Shown here: one piece after another, positions 1 through 19,364 of the stretch | Layout of the letters: the number at the start of each line of letters is the position of its first letter | How positions within the stretch are numbered: the first letter of the stretch is position 1 | Source: the human T2T-CHM13v2.0 reference genome, Homo sapiens | Assembly: GCF_009914755.1 (NCBI RefSeq) | Contig: NC_060925.1 | Reading direction: 5' to 3' (one strand) | Length of the DNA: 64,000 nucleotides | The notes under the pieces: generated by a model | Seen by the model: the letters and a program-made list of their open reading frames with translations, nothing else | Databases searched by the model: none | What the model was told of the DNA's origin: nothing | Translations under genes and position numbers: made by a program

Positions 1-259
1 GAGAAGCTAATGCAGGAGGATTGCTTAAGGCCAGGAGCTAGAGACCGGTCTGGACAACACAGTGAGACCCTGTCTCTATCCAAAAAAAAGAAAAAAGTTA
101 GCTGGGAGTGGTGGTGCACACCTGTAGTCCCAGCTACTCGGAATGCTGAAGTTTGAGCCTGGGAGGTCAAGGCTGCGGCGAGGCATGATTATGCCACTAC
201 AGTCCAGCCTGGTGACAGAGCAAGACCCTGTCTCAAAGAACAAAACAACAACCATTTAC

Positions 260-1512
260 AGACAGAAAAGAAATAGAGCTAATAAGCTAAGGAAAGATGT
301 TGAAATGTGACAAGTAAAGTAATATGAGGTCTTTTATCTATTTAAAATAATCAAACAAAAAATGACTTACTAAATTATAATACCCTGTGCTGGCAAAGGT
401 GCAGTGAAATGGGCACTTTCTTATACTATGAGGGGTGTTTAAATTGTGTATAAGCCTTCCCGGGTAAAGCTTGTCAATTTTTTAAAATAATGGAGACAGG
501 GTCTCACCATACTGCCATGCTGCCTCCTCCAACTCTTGGCCTCAAGCAATCCTCCTCTCTTAGCCTCCCAAAGTGCTAAGATTATAGCTGGGAGGCACCC
601 AAAACCCTGTCAATTTACATCAAGGGTAATGAGAATGTCCATTCACCATGTCTCACAGTAATCTTACTTCTGGGGAGACAATTCAATCTAAACAAAAGGT
701 CATCTGTACAAACACAGTAAAAATCTGGGAGTAACTGAAGACAGAGTTGGTAAGTGAAATAAGAAACAATTATAAGAAATTAAACTATGATATCAATAGG
801 CACCTGGTATAAAAGGTCAGTTGATGTTAGCTGCTACTTTTTTGTTGTTTTGAGACAGGGTCTCACTCTGTCACCCAGGCTGGAGTGCAGAGGCCTGATC
901 ATGACTCACTGCAGTCTCAGCCTCCCTGGGCTCAAGTGATCCTCCCACCTCAGCCTCCCAAGTAGCTGGGACTACAGGAACATGCCACCACACTAGGCTA
1001 ATTCGCGTATTTTTCTGTAGGGATGGTGACTCCCCCTTTGTTTCCAAGGCCTATTGCAAACTCTTGGCCTCAAGCCATCCTCCTGCCTCAGCCTCCCAAA
1101 GTGTTGCGATTACCAGTGTGAGCCACCACACCTGGCCAGCTGCTACTTTTATCAATATTATTATTATTCCACTCAATTAAAAATTATTATTTTCAAGGCT
1201 ATGCAACAGTATGTATCCTACAGTGTAATTGTAAAAACATACACAGTTGCCGTCCCTCAGTATACAGAATTAGTTCCAGCCCCCCATCTCTGCATATACC
1301 AAAATCCATGCTTACTCATGTTTCGCTGTCACCCCTCTGGAATCCACGTATACGAAAATTCCAAATATTAGTTGGGCATAGTGGCAAGCACCTGTAGTCT
1401 CAGCCATGTGGGAGGTTGAGGTGGGAGGATCGCTTCAGCCTGGAAGGTTGAGGCTGCAGTCAGCTGCGATAGCACTACTACACTCCAGCCTTGGACAACA
1501 GAGGGAGACCCT
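260..1512 (+). repeat. Old duplicated segment A, paralogous to about 24590-25983
   Basis: Shared gctaataagct, aaggtgcagtgaaatgg, catcaagggtaat, ctaaacaaaaggtcat, attagttccagc. Confidence 0.88.
838..1137 (-). mobile_element. Alu (J-like)
   Basis: Dimer, TSD agctgctactttt; empty site in paralog at about 25603. Confidence 0.85.
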
Positions 1513-2109
1513 GTCTCAGAAAAAAAAAAAACAAAATAAAACAGGTTAGAAATTGTAATGAGGTCTGTTGGGCAAAATTCCATATAAGCAAAGTATAAAT
1601 TAATAAAGCAAATTGTGATAAATTAGTACGATTGACTTTCTGGAGTTTCTGACAATAAAAGGAAAATGCAAAACACAAAGACAGAGAGTAAAAAGAGAAA
1701 TTAGGAAAGCATTCTACATGTTTAATAGGAAGACGCTGGCCATGTTCGTGCAGCGGCAGTATGTTGTGACATGACATACCTTGGAGAGAAGTTAACAGAT
1801 GAGGAAGTTGATAAAAATCATCAGAGAAGCAAAATACTGGTAGCGACACTCAAGTAAACCACGAAATTTCCATAACTTATGTCAGCAAAGTGGGAATATT
1901 GTACAGTGTGTGTTGAAGTTCCTATACAACATTGTTTATCTGCCTTTTGTTTGTTTGTAAGGAATGTATATACTAAAAGTTCTTCTTGCTGTCAAAAGAA
2001 TATGTGTGAATAAGTCATTTTAACTTATTCTTCTGTTTTTCTTTTATCTTCCTGCTATCATCCCACAGCCTTACTTTAGAAATTTTTTCTTTAGAAAATT
2101 GAACAAGTG

Positions 2110-2406
2110 CTCCTTGTGATGGCACATGCCTCGAGGATGGGAGGCAGGGGTGGAAGGGTCACTTGAGGCCATTAGTTTGACACCAGCCTGGCCAACAAAG
2201 TGAGACCCCATGTCTACAAAACAATTTAAAAATTAGCCAAGTATCGTCATGTATGCCTACAGTCCTAGCTACTCAGGAGGCTCAGGTAGGAGGATCCTTA
2301 GCCCAGGAGTTCAAGGCTGCAGTGAGCTGTGATAGCACTACTGTACTCAAGCCTGGGTGACAGGGTGAGACCCCCATCTCCTGAAATAAAAAACAAAGAA
2401 AAAAAT
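2110..2406 (+). mobile_element. Alu (J-like)
   Basis: Dimer with A tail. Confidence 0.8.
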
Positions 2407-2686
2407 AGTTCAAGTAGCAAGTTGTATGTGGCTTACTCTGAATATTTCTAAACTAGAAATTCTCAATCTTTTGGGGTCTAACATCCCTTTACCTTTTTTA
2501 ACTTTATTGAAGATCTCTAAGACTATTTCTTTCTGTAGATAATTATATTAAAACTAGAAAATAAGACACAATTTTTTAAATATTATTCATCACATATTAA
2601 AGCCATTACATGTTGATATAAGATTTTAGAAATATTTAATATTCATTACATATTAATAATAAAACCATTACATGTTGATATAATAC

Positions 2687-2985
<299 letters not shown>

Positions 2986-3679
2986 GATTAATATATGTTT
3001 TAAAACACTGATTAATCAGGCAACAACACCGGGCAGGGGTCTCCTCATTCCCAGGGACGCAAACCCCACTGCACGGCTGAGGGGTTGCAAGGGCTGCAGA
3101 GCCAAAAGGCTCTGACTTGAGATATTATTTTACTTGTATTTTTATTTGTATTGTGAGACAGGTCCTGCTCTGTCACCCAGACTGGAGTGCAGCTGTGCAC
3201 TTACAGCTCACTGCAGCCTCGACCTCCTGGGCTCAAGCCATCTTCCTGCCTCAGCTCCCCAGTAGCTGGTAGTACAGTTGAGTGTCACCGTGCCTGGTTA
3301 TTTTTTTAATTTTTTTGTAGAGTGAGGGGTCTTGCTATGTTGCCCAAGCTGGCCTCAAACTCCTGACCTCAAGAGATCTGCCCACTTCAGCCTCCTGAGT
3401 AGCTGAAACTACAAGTACACATCACCATGCCTAGCTACATTTATTTAATTTTGAAAAATATTTTTGTAAAGAGCAGATCTTGCTGTGTTGTCTAGGCTGG
3501 TCTTGAACACCTGCCCTTAAAAGATACTCGCACCTCTACTTACCAAACAGCTGGGACTACAGGCATGAGCCACTGCAATGAGCCTGAAGAGATTTCTTTA
3601 ATCTAGCATCCCATACTTGGTAGGATTGGGAAAGGCAGTAGTGTTTTTTAAAATTACTTAATAATTTCAGTAACAATCA

Positions 3680-4940
<1,261 letters not shown>

Positions 4941-4944
4941 CATG

Positions 4945-5300
4945 TTCATTTCTTCTTGCTGCTGCAACATAGTTTGCAGTTTCCTACATTTAGTGGCTTA
5001 AAACACCACAAATCTACCATCTTACAGTTCTAGGGGCCAGAAACCCAAACTAGGTCTATTAAGGCTAAAGTCAAGGTGTCAGCAGGGCTGCATTCCTTCT
5101 GGAGACTCTAATATGTTCCCTTGGCTTTTCCAGCTTCTAGAAGCCACCCCCATTCCTTGGATCATGGCCCCTGACTCCATCTTCAAAGCCAGAGGTGAAG
5201 CATCTTCAAATCTCCCTCTCTTACCTCTGCTTTCATCACCACATCTCCTGCTCCAATTCTGAATCTCCTACTCTCTTTCTTTTATAAAGACCCTTGTGAT
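4945..5300 (-). mobile_element. MLT1 LTR fragment (copy B)
   Basis: tagtggcttaaaacaccacaaat...cttacagttct...tcaaggtgtcagcagggctgcattccttctggag. Confidence 0.75.
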
Positions 5301-5847
5301 TGCTGGGCATGGTGGCTCCCACCCAGAATCCCAACACTTTGGGAGGTCAAGGCAGGAGGAACACCTGAGGCCTGAAGTTTGAAACTAGCATGAAAAACAC
5401 AGTGAGACCCCCATCTCTAGAAAAAAATAAAAATAAATATTAGCCCGACATGGTGGTATGCGCCTGTAGTCCCAGCTACTTGAAAGGCTGAGGTGAGACC
5501 ATCGATTTAGCCCAGGAGTTTGAGATCAGCCTGGACAACATAACTAAATCTCATCTCTACAAGGACGAGGTGGGAGGATCACTTGAGCCCAGGAATTTGT
5601 GGCCAGCCTGGGCAACAAAAGAAGACCCCATCTGGCCAACATGGCCAACCTGGCCACCATGGAGAAACTCTGACTCTACAAAAATGAGCTGGGCATGGGT
5701 GACATGCATGTGTAGTCCTAGCTACTTGGGAGGTTGAGATGGGAGGATTGCTTGATCTCAGGAGGCCAAAGCTATAGTGAGCTATGATCACATCACTGCA
5801 CTCCAGCCTGGATGACACAGGAGATTCTGTCTCAAAAAAAAGAAAAG

Positions 5848-7335
<1,488 letters not shown>

Positions 7336-8009
7336 CATGGGCTTTTCTGTCACCTACCTGCTTAACTGCATAGGAGAGGCAATATGTGGTGCTCATGAAC
7401 AAAGCAAACATTAAAGTCAGGCCAAACCCAACATTTGACTCAGTCTTAATATCCAGGTGAGCTTGGGCAAATCATTCATTATTCCTAAGGCTTCATCACT
7501 CCATTCATAAAATGGGGATAACTGTGGCACCTACCTGTGATTCTGTGAGAATTAACGAAATATTACGCTTCGGGTTATTGTGATCATTATACCTATTCCA
7601 AACTATTTGACAAGGACAGTGATGGATGATGACATCAAAAAATCAGAAACTGCAATGAGGTCTCTCAGGCAAAATTCCATATAAGCAAATTACTGTGTCT
7701 ACAAAGCATTCCTGCCACACTTAATTCACCATTCCCTGAACAAAATATGCCATCTTCGTTGTTCAGATCTGTACAGTGCTGGTTTCCCTTCCCGGGCAGT
7801 TTGCGCTATCCCATCCCAGCCCATTCCCCATCCCTCCACCTCCCCCTTCCCTCCCCACTCTCATACAACTCTTCCTCATCTTTCAGGACTTGGCTTCAAT
7901 GTCACCTTAACTGGAAGCTTCTCTCACTCTCCAGAAGAGCTTCCCATTGCACTTGATGCATGCACTATTATTTGATCATTTTTAAGTTACAGTCCAAATC
8001 TTTTTGTAC

Positions 8010-8074
8010 CTGAATAACATGTTGCCCAGTCAGTCTCTCTTCCTGGATTCAGAAGTCTTTCATGGTAGATCCAG
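8010..8074 (-). ncRNA. Candidate 65-nt lncRNA exon (copy B)
   Basis: ttccag| ... CAG|gtacaa; paralog of 23229-23293. Confidence 0.45.
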
Positions 8075-8504
8075 CTGGAAGTGACAAAAAGACATCTTTT
8101 GACATAAAGGGATGACACAGACAGACATAAGTTCTTAAATGTCTTAAATGTTATGTGAAAATTAAACAGAATTCAAAGACTTGTGGGGAACACTTAGGAG
8201 GGAAAGTTACTGGGAATGTCATAAAGGGTTAATTTGTATTTTATTTTATTTTTTGAGAGAGTCTCATTCTGTCACCTAGGCTGGAGTGCAGTGGTGCAAT
8301 CAGGCTCACTGCAGCCTTGACCACCTGGGCTCAAGTAATCTCACTTAATTTTTATTTGGTTTAAGAAAGTCTTGGTTGAGGGTGGTGGCTTATGCCTGTA
8401 ATCTCAGCACTTTGGGAGGCTGAGAGAGGTATATTACTTGAGGCCAGGAGTTTGAGATCAGCCTGGGCAATATATTAAGACCCTGCCTCTACCAAAAAAC
8501 AGAG

Positions 8505-11381
8505 TGAATGTGTGGAAGACAATTTTTCCACAGACTGGGAGTGAGGGAATAATTTCAGGATGATTCAAGTGCATTACATATATTGTGCACTTTATTTCTA
8601 TTATTACTACATAGTAATATATAATGAAATGATTCTACAACTCACTATAACGTAGACTCAGTGGGATCTCTGAGCTTGTTTTCCTGCAACTAGACTGTTC
8701 ATCTGGGGTGATGGGAGACAGTAACAGAATATCAGGCATTAGATTCTCATAAGGAGTACACAGGCCCCTGCCCCTGCCTCTGCCTCTCCCTCTCCCCTCT
8801 CCCCTCTCCCCTCTCCCTCTCAGTCTCCCTCTCCCTCTCTTTCCACGGTCTCCCTCTGATGCCGAGCCGAAGCTGGACTGTACTGCCTCTGCCTCTGCCT
8901 CTCCCTCTCCCCTCTCCCCTCTCCCCTCTCCCTCTCGGTCTCCCTCTCCCTCTCTTTCCACGGTCTCCCTCTGATGCCGAGCCGAAGCTGGACTGTACTG
9001 CTGCCATCTCGGCTCACTGCAACCTCCCTGCCTGATTCTCCTGCCTCAGCCTGCCGAGTGCCTGCAATTGCAGGCGCGCGCCACCACGCCTGACTGGTTT
9101 TCGTACTTTTTTGGTGGAGACGGGGTTTCGCTGTTTTGGCCGGGCTGGTCTCCAGCTCCTAACCGTGAGTGATCCGCCAGCCTTGGCCTCCCGAGGTGCC
9201 GGGATTGCAGACGGAGTCTGGTTCACTCAGTGCTCAATGGTGCCCAGGCTGGAGTGCAGTGGCGTGATCTCAGCTCGCTACAACCTCCATCTCCCAGCCG
9301 CCTGCCTTGGCCTCCCAAAGTGCCGAGATTGCAGCCTCTGCCCGGCCACCACCCCATCTGGGAAGTAAGGAGCGTCTCTGCCTGGCCGCCCATCGTCTGG
9401 GACGTGAGGAGCCCCTCTGCCTGGCTGCCCAGTCTGGAAAGTGAGGAGAGTCTCTGCCCGGCCGCCATCCCATCTAGGAAGTGAGGAGCGCCTCTTCCCG
9501 GCAGCAATCCCATCTGGGAAGTGAGGAGCGTCTCTGCCCGGCCGCCCATCGTCTGAGATGTGGGGAGCGCCTCTGCCCCGCCGCCCCGTCTGGGATGTGA
9601 GGAGCGCCTCTGCCCGGCGGCGACCCCGTCTGGGAGGTGAGGAGCGTCTCTGCCCAGCCGCCCCGTCTGAGAAGTGAGGAGACCCTCCGCCCAGCATCCG
9701 CCCCATCTGAGAAGTGAGGAGCCCCTCCGCCCGGCAGCCGCCCCGTCTGAGAAGTGAGGAGTCCCTCTGCCCGGCAGCCACCCCGTCTGGGAAGTGAGGA
9801 GCGTCTCCGCCCGGCAGCCGCCCCGTCCGGGAGGGAGGTGGGGGGGTCAGCCCCCCGCCCGGCCAGCCGCCCCGTCCAGGAGGGAGGTGGGGGGGTCAGC
9901 CCCCCATCCGGGAGGGAGGTGGGGGCGGTCAGCCCCCCGCCCGGCCAGCCGCCCCGTCCGGGAGGGAGGTGGGGGGGTCAGCCCCCTGCCCGGCCAGCCA
10001 CCCCGTCCGGGAGGTGAGGGGCGCCTCTGCCCAGCCGCCCCTACTGGGAAGTGAGGAGCCCCTCTGCCTGGCCAGCCACCCTGTCCAGGAGGGAGGTGGG
10101 GGAGTCAGCCCCCCACCCGGCCAGCCGCCCCATCCGGGAGGGAGGTGGGGGGGTCAGCCCCCCGCCCGGCCAGCCGCCCCGTCCAGGAGGGAGGTGGGGG
10201 GGGTCAGCCCCCCGCCCGGCCAGCCACCCCGTCCGGGAGGGAGGTGGGGGTGTCAGCCCCACGTCCGGGAGGGAGGTGGGGGGGGTCAGCCCCCCGCCCG
10301 GCCAGCCGCCCCGTCCGGGAGGGAGGTGGGGGGGTCAGCCCCCCGCCCGGCCAGCCGCCCCGTCCGGGAGGTGAGGGGCGCCTCTGCCCAGCCGCCCCTA
10401 CTGGGAAGTGAGGAGCCCCTCTGCCCAGCCAGCCGCCCCGTCCGGGAGGGAGGTGGGGGGGTCAGCCCCCCGCCCGGCCAGCCGCCCCATCCGGGAGGGA
10501 GGTGGGGGGGTCAGCCCCCCGCCCGGCCAGCCGCCCCGTCCGGGAGGTGAGGGGCGCCTCTGCCCGGCCACCCCTACTGGGAAGTGAGGAGCCCCTCTGC
10601 CCAGCCACCACCTCGTCTGGGAGGTGTACCCAACAGCTCATTGAGAACGGGCCGGGATGACAATGGCGGTTTTGTGGAATAGAAAGGGGGGAAAGGTGGG
10701 GAAAAGATTGAGAAATCGGATGGTTGCCGTGTCTGTGTAGAAAGAAGTAGACATGGGAGACTTTTCATTTTGTTCTGTACTAAGATAAATTCTTCTGCCT
10801 TGGGATCCTGTTGATCGGTGACCTTACCCCCAACCCTGTGCTCTCTGAAACATGTGCTGTGTCCACTCAGGGTTAAATGGATTAAGGGCGGTGCAAGATG
10901 TGCTTTGTTAAACAGATGCTTGAAGGCAGCATGCTCGTTAAGAATCATCACCACTCCCTAATCTCAAGTACCCAGGGACACAAACACTGCGGAAGGCCGC
11001 AGGGTCCTCTGCCTAGGAAAACCAGAGACCTTTGTTCACTTGTTTATCTGCCGACCTTCCCTCCACTATTGTCCTATGACCCTGCCAAATCCCCCTCTGC
11101 GAGAAACACCCAAGAATGATCAATAAAAAAAATAAAAATTAAAAAAAAAAGTTAAAAAAAAAAAAAAAAAAAAAGGAGTACACAACCTAGATCCCTCGCA
11201 TGCACACTTCACAACAGAGTTTGTGCTCCTATGAGAATCTAATGCTGCTGCTGATCTGACAGGACATGGAGCTCAGGTGGTCATGCAAGCGATGGGAGGG
11301 GCTAGAAATACAGATGAAGTTTCCCTTCACTCACCTGCTGCTCACCTCCAGCTCTGTGGCCCTGTGGTTGGAGACCGCTGC
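8505..11381 (+). mobile_element. MER1A-like hAT-Charlie MITE interrupted by the SVA
   Basis: tgtggaagacaatttttccacagac start, internal inverted repeat gcattagattctcata/tatgagaatctaatgc, caacctagatccctcgcatg, end ggttggagaccgctg. Confidence 0.75.
8763..11172 (+). mobile_element. Full-length SVA retrotransposon (young, D-F type)
   Basis: CCCTCT hexamers, Alu-like domain, GC-rich VNTR (about 9325-10625), SINE-R, AATAAA at 11122, poly(A); perfect TSD aaggagtacaca (8751-8762 and 11173-11184). Confidence 0.97.
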
Positions 11382-11721
11382 TCAAATGCATTCGAAAGGA
11401 TCCATCCCATGCCATTCTTCAGAGTCATCTTTACTGCTGCTGTGGTCAACTTGTAGCACCCCTAAGCTCGCAGGACATATGCTTCAACTGGCATTTCACA
11501 ATCAACAGTATGTGGTAGCTTGAGTCATTGTGAGGTCACTTTCTGGAAATCACCAGCCTCCCATATCCCATTAGCAAGGAGCTCAGCACTGCTCCTTGGA
11601 TAACCAAACCTATTCCCAAATCCCATCTGTGTGCGTCTATCTCCTGGTACCCTTCCTAGCATCAATTCTGTATTTGTAGGAGTCCAATCAGGAGACACAA
11701 ACCACTCAAAAGTTTAAACTA

Positions 11722-12740
<1,019 letters not shown>

Positions 12741-12744
12741 TGTT

Positions 12745-13445
12745 AATCCCCCTATGGGAATCTCCTCTTCTCCTGCCGTCTCTGGAACCTCACTTGTCAG
12801 TTCTTCCTCCCACTTTCCTGTATCTTTAACCTATCCCCCACTTTTAGCTCCTTCCCATCATCATTTAAATTACTCAAACTTCTTCTGTTTTAAAAACCTC
12901 TCCCTAAACTCAGTGAGAGGTCTCCTGCACACCCATTGAGCCATCTGCTCTCCCTGGTGCCTTCTCTACAGCAGCCTGAGCCATGTCTCTAATCCATGAA
13001 TCTCATCATGTTACTCCTCCATTTACATCACTTCTCCTTGCCTCAGGGATTAAGTCCAAACTCCTTAACAGCCCCTGCTCTGCCCTGCCTTGCAAGGCAG
13101 CCTCACTGCTTGCCCCTCTCCATTTCATCTGCTATGGAGTCCAACTGAGCCTCATCTGCCCCTTCAACGCACACTCTTTCTCCTCTGGGAGTCTCTGAAG
13201 TGGGTAATATCCTCTGCTTATAATATGCTTCCCCTTAAACCTCTACTCCCTTCCTAGCTAGCTTTGACTCCTCTGTCACTTGTCTGCTTTGGCATCACCT
13301 CCTCATAGAAGACTTCTATGACTCCCGAGATTCTCAGGAGCATGGCAGGTGAAGTGCTCCTCCCATGAATGGATGGAGATTAGGGAGTGTGTGTTATTCA
13401 TGCTTAATTCACCAGTGCTTAGCTGAGTACCTGGCATAAAATAGT
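12745..13445 (+). mobile_element. Degenerate L2 fragment
   Basis: tcatcatgttactcct...cagggattaagtccaaactccttaaca; cagtgcttagctgagtacctggcata. Confidence 0.5.
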
Positions 13446-13448
13446 TAC

Positions 13449-13660
13449 TGTGGTGGCCAAAGTAATAAGCCCCACCGCCACCAATTGCTCATGTCCTATG
13501 TTACACAGCACAATTACATAGGAAGGGGGAATTAAGAGTGCAGATAAAATTAATGTTGCTCATCAGCTGACCTTAAAACAAGATTATCCTGGAGTATCTA
13601 GGAGATCCCATGTAATTACAAGCATTCTTTAAAACTGGAAGAGGGAGGCAGAAGGTTAAG
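13449..13660 (+). mobile_element. MLT1 LTR fragment
   Basis: gttgctcatcagctgaccttaaa...agattatcctgga...ggaagagggaggcagaag. Confidence 0.6.
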
Positions 13661-13672
13661 AACCAGAGACGG

Positions 13673-14947
<1,275 letters not shown>

Positions 14948-15049
14948 AGACATCTTCCTGTCTTAGCCTCCCAATGCCCTGGGATTATACCGTTTCCTAT
15001 AATTGAAGACACTTGTTCTTATACTGCTTTAAGGTATAAAGGAAGAAAA

Positions 15050-16235
15050 AAAAAACAGATAATGGCAAATGTTGGTGAAGGCCGGGCATGGTGGCAGCCT
15101 GTAATTCCAGAACTTAGGGAGGCTGAGGTGCGCAGATCACTTGAGGCCAGGAGTATGAGACCAGCCTGGGCAACATGGTAAAATCCCATCACTACAGAAA
15201 AATATAAAAATTACCCAGGCATGGTGGCATACAACTGTAATTTTCAGCTACTCAGGAGGCTGAGATGAGAGAATCACTTGTGCCTGGGAGGTCAAGGTTG
15301 CAGTGAACTGTGATGGCATCACTGCACTGCGGCCTGAGAGACAGAGCAAGCCCCTATCTAGAAAAAAAAAAATGTCAGTGAAGATGTGGAGGAATTGGAA
15401 CCCACATACATTACTGGTGGGAACATAAAATCGTGTAACCATTTTGTTTGGGTATTTCTTTTCCTGTCATTTTAATTGGATTTTTAAAAAATCAACACAG
15501 GGTTTCACTATCTTGCCCAGGCTGGTCTTGAATTCATGGGCTCAAGCCATCCTCCTAGCTGAGCCTCCTGAGTAGCTGGGATTACAGGTGTGAGCCATTG
15601 CACCCAACTGGTGTAGCCACGTTAGAAAACAGTCTGGCAGTTTCTCAAAAGGCTAAATGTACAGTCATCCTATAATGCAACAATTTCACTCCTAGGCATA
15701 TATCCCAGAAAAATAAAAATATATGTCCACACAAAAACTTGTATAACAATCTTCATAGCAGCATTATTCATAATGACCAATACATGGAATACACGGAAAC
15801 AACCCAAATATCCACCAACTGATGAACAGATAAACAAAATGCAGTGTGTCTCTACCATGGAATACTGCCATAGAAGGAATGAAATATTGATACACACTAT
15901 GACATAAAGGAACTTTGAAAACACTGTGCTAAGAGGGAAAAAAAGCCACAAAAGATCACATATTGTACAATTCTATTTGTCCAGATTAGGCAAATCTATA
16001 GTGACAAAAAAATTAATCAATGGTTGCCTAAGGCTGGGAGTGAAGGTAGGTGGGGAGAGTAGGAGGTAGTGGCTGAGGGGTATGGATTTCTCTATAGGGT
16101 AATGAAAGGTTCTAAAAGTGACTGTGGTGATCGATGCACAGCTCTGTGAATATTCTAAAACCTACTGAATTGCAGATTTCAATAAATAAAGTGAATGGTA
16201 TGTGAATATTTTAATAAAGCTATTATTTAAAATAA
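15050..16235 (+). mobile_element. Old L1M (MB/ME-like) 3' end interrupted by Alus
   Basis: gaaaacagtctggcagtttctcaaaa; atttcactcctaggcatatatcccaga; atgtccacacaaaaacttgta; aataaagct end. Confidence 0.8.
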
Positions 16236-16245
16236 TAATAATAGG

Positions 16246-17168
<923 letters not shown>

Positions 17169-18149
17169 TCAAGAATTACATCGTGTTTCATGATAAAGAA
17201 GCTCTAATTTTGCATTTGTTCAAGTATTGATGAGATTTAGCCAATATGACACCCATCTTGGATAAAATGCAAACAACACAATTTCATTTTCTCATTAACA
17301 AAACTGATTAAGTAGTCTAATATCAATTCTGATCTTATTAAAAACTGATCAGATTTAAAAAATTATGGAATTATGGAGCCAATAAGATGTTACAACCTGT
17401 TCCAAGGGGAATTCCAAAATCCACACATATCTGAGACCATCAAGTATGATGAAATATATTTGATTACTATATTGAAAAATAAACTGATTACATAGCCAAC
17501 AATTGGACAGGGGTCTCCTCATCCACAGCCACACAAACCCGATCATGCAGCTATGTGGTTACAAGGCCTACATAGCCTAGAAGGGACTGGTCTGACTTGA
17601 GATTTCATTTGTATTTGTATTTTGAGGCAGGGTCCCACTCTGTCACCCAGGATGGAGTGCAGTGGTATAATCATAGCTCACTGCAACCTTGACCAACTGG
17701 GCTCAAGAGATGCTCCTGCCTCAGCTGCCCCCATACCTGGGAATACAGGCAAGTACCACCATGTCAGGCATTTTTTTCATTTTTGTAGAGAGAGAAGTCT
17801 TGCTATGTTGCCCAAGCTGGCCTCAAACTCCTAGAATCAAGAGATCTGCCCATCTCAGCCACATGAGTAACTGGGGCCATAGGTACATCATGCCTGGCTA
17901 TATTTATTTTATTAAATTTATTTTTTTTATTTTTGTAGAGAGGAGATCTTGCTGTGTTGCCCAGGCTGCTCTCAAACTCATGGCCTTAAAACATACTCCC
18001 ATCTCTGCCTCTCAAACTGTTGGAACTATAGGTGTGAGCCACTGCACCTGGCCTAACTTGAGATTTCTTTTATCTAGCATCCTTTACTTGGTAGGATTGG
18101 GAAAGGCAGTAGTGTTTTTTAAAATTACTTAATAATTCCATCAGAATCA

Positions 18150-18760
18150 AACTCAACCTTGACCACTGCCTTCTCTCACAGCTAACATCCAGTCTGTCAG
18201 GAAATCCTACTGACTTCAACATGTATCCAGGCTCTGACCATCTCTCACCACCACCGTGAACGCGGTCAGGATCACTATCATCTCCCACCGGGATGTTGCC
18301 ACAGCTTGGCCCCCATGCTTCTACCCAAATCTTCCCATAGTCTTTCTCAACTTGGCAGCCAGGTCGTGCTTTTAAATCAGGAGACAGATCATGTCGCCTC
18401 TCTGCTCAGAAGCCCTCGGTGGTTCCCATTTTAGTCAGAGTAAAAGCCAAAGCCCCAGCAATAGCGTCCCAGGGCTTACACGATCTGTACCGATCCCAGC
18501 CCAGCAACTCCCTGGCCTCCTCGCTGACTTCGCTCCCTCTATCTCTTTGCTCCACTGGCCTCCTTCCAGAGCCTCAGACACACCAGAGAGTTTCCTCCTA
18601 ATGCCTTTATCCTGTTGACTCAGCCTACAATGCTCTTCCCTCAGCACCTTGGCCAGCTCCATCACCTGCTTCAAACTTTTGCTCAATATTCACTTATGAG
18701 GCCAACCCTGACCGCTCTACTTAACACTGCCATCTGTCCCCATTCCCACCATGCTCATTT
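18150..18760 (+). mobile_element. L2 3' fragment (copy C)
   Basis: Paralog of 3680-4320. Confidence 0.7.
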
Positions 18761-19364
18761 CTTTCTTTCTTTCTTTTTGAAACAAGGTCTTGCTTTATTG
18801 CCTAGGCTGGAGTACACTGGTGCAATCACAGCTCACAGCAACTTCAACCTCCCAGGCTTAAACAATCCTCCCGCCTCAGCCACCCTAGGAAATGAGACTA
18901 CAGCTGCATGCCACAACACATGGCTTTTTTTTTTTTTTTTTTTTTTTTTTGAGACGGAGTCTCAGTCGCCCAGGCTGAAGTGTAAGGGTGCGATCTTGGC
19001 TCACTGCAATGTCTGCCTTTTGGGTTCAAGTGATTCTCTGCCTCCCGAGTAGCTGGGATTACAGGCACCCACCACCACACCTGGCTAATGTTTGTATTTT
19101 TAGTACAGATGGGGTTTCACCATCTTGGCTAGGCTGGTCTTGAACTTCTGACCTCGTGATCCACCCTCCTCGGCCTCCCAAAGTGCTGGGATTACAGGCG
19201 TGAGCCACTGCGCCTGGCCTTTTAAAAAAATTTTTTTTAGACATGAGGTCTCATTATGTTGCCCAGGCTGGTCTTAAGCTCCTGGGCTTAAGCGATCCTC
19301 CCACCTCAGCCTCCTAAAGTTCTGGGATTACAGGCGTGAGCAACTGTAACATGAGGTCCCAGCT

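Noticed and set aside
2580-2685. Short tandem duplications here, at 14858-14889 and at 36416-36467
   Set aside because: Ordinary slippage-type events
9325-10625. Repeat array and CpG-island-like composition
   Set aside because: SVA VNTR; not CRISPR and not a host promoter
8635-11119. Many 65-193 aa ORFs
   Set aside because: Translations of SVA hexamer, VNTR and SINE-R
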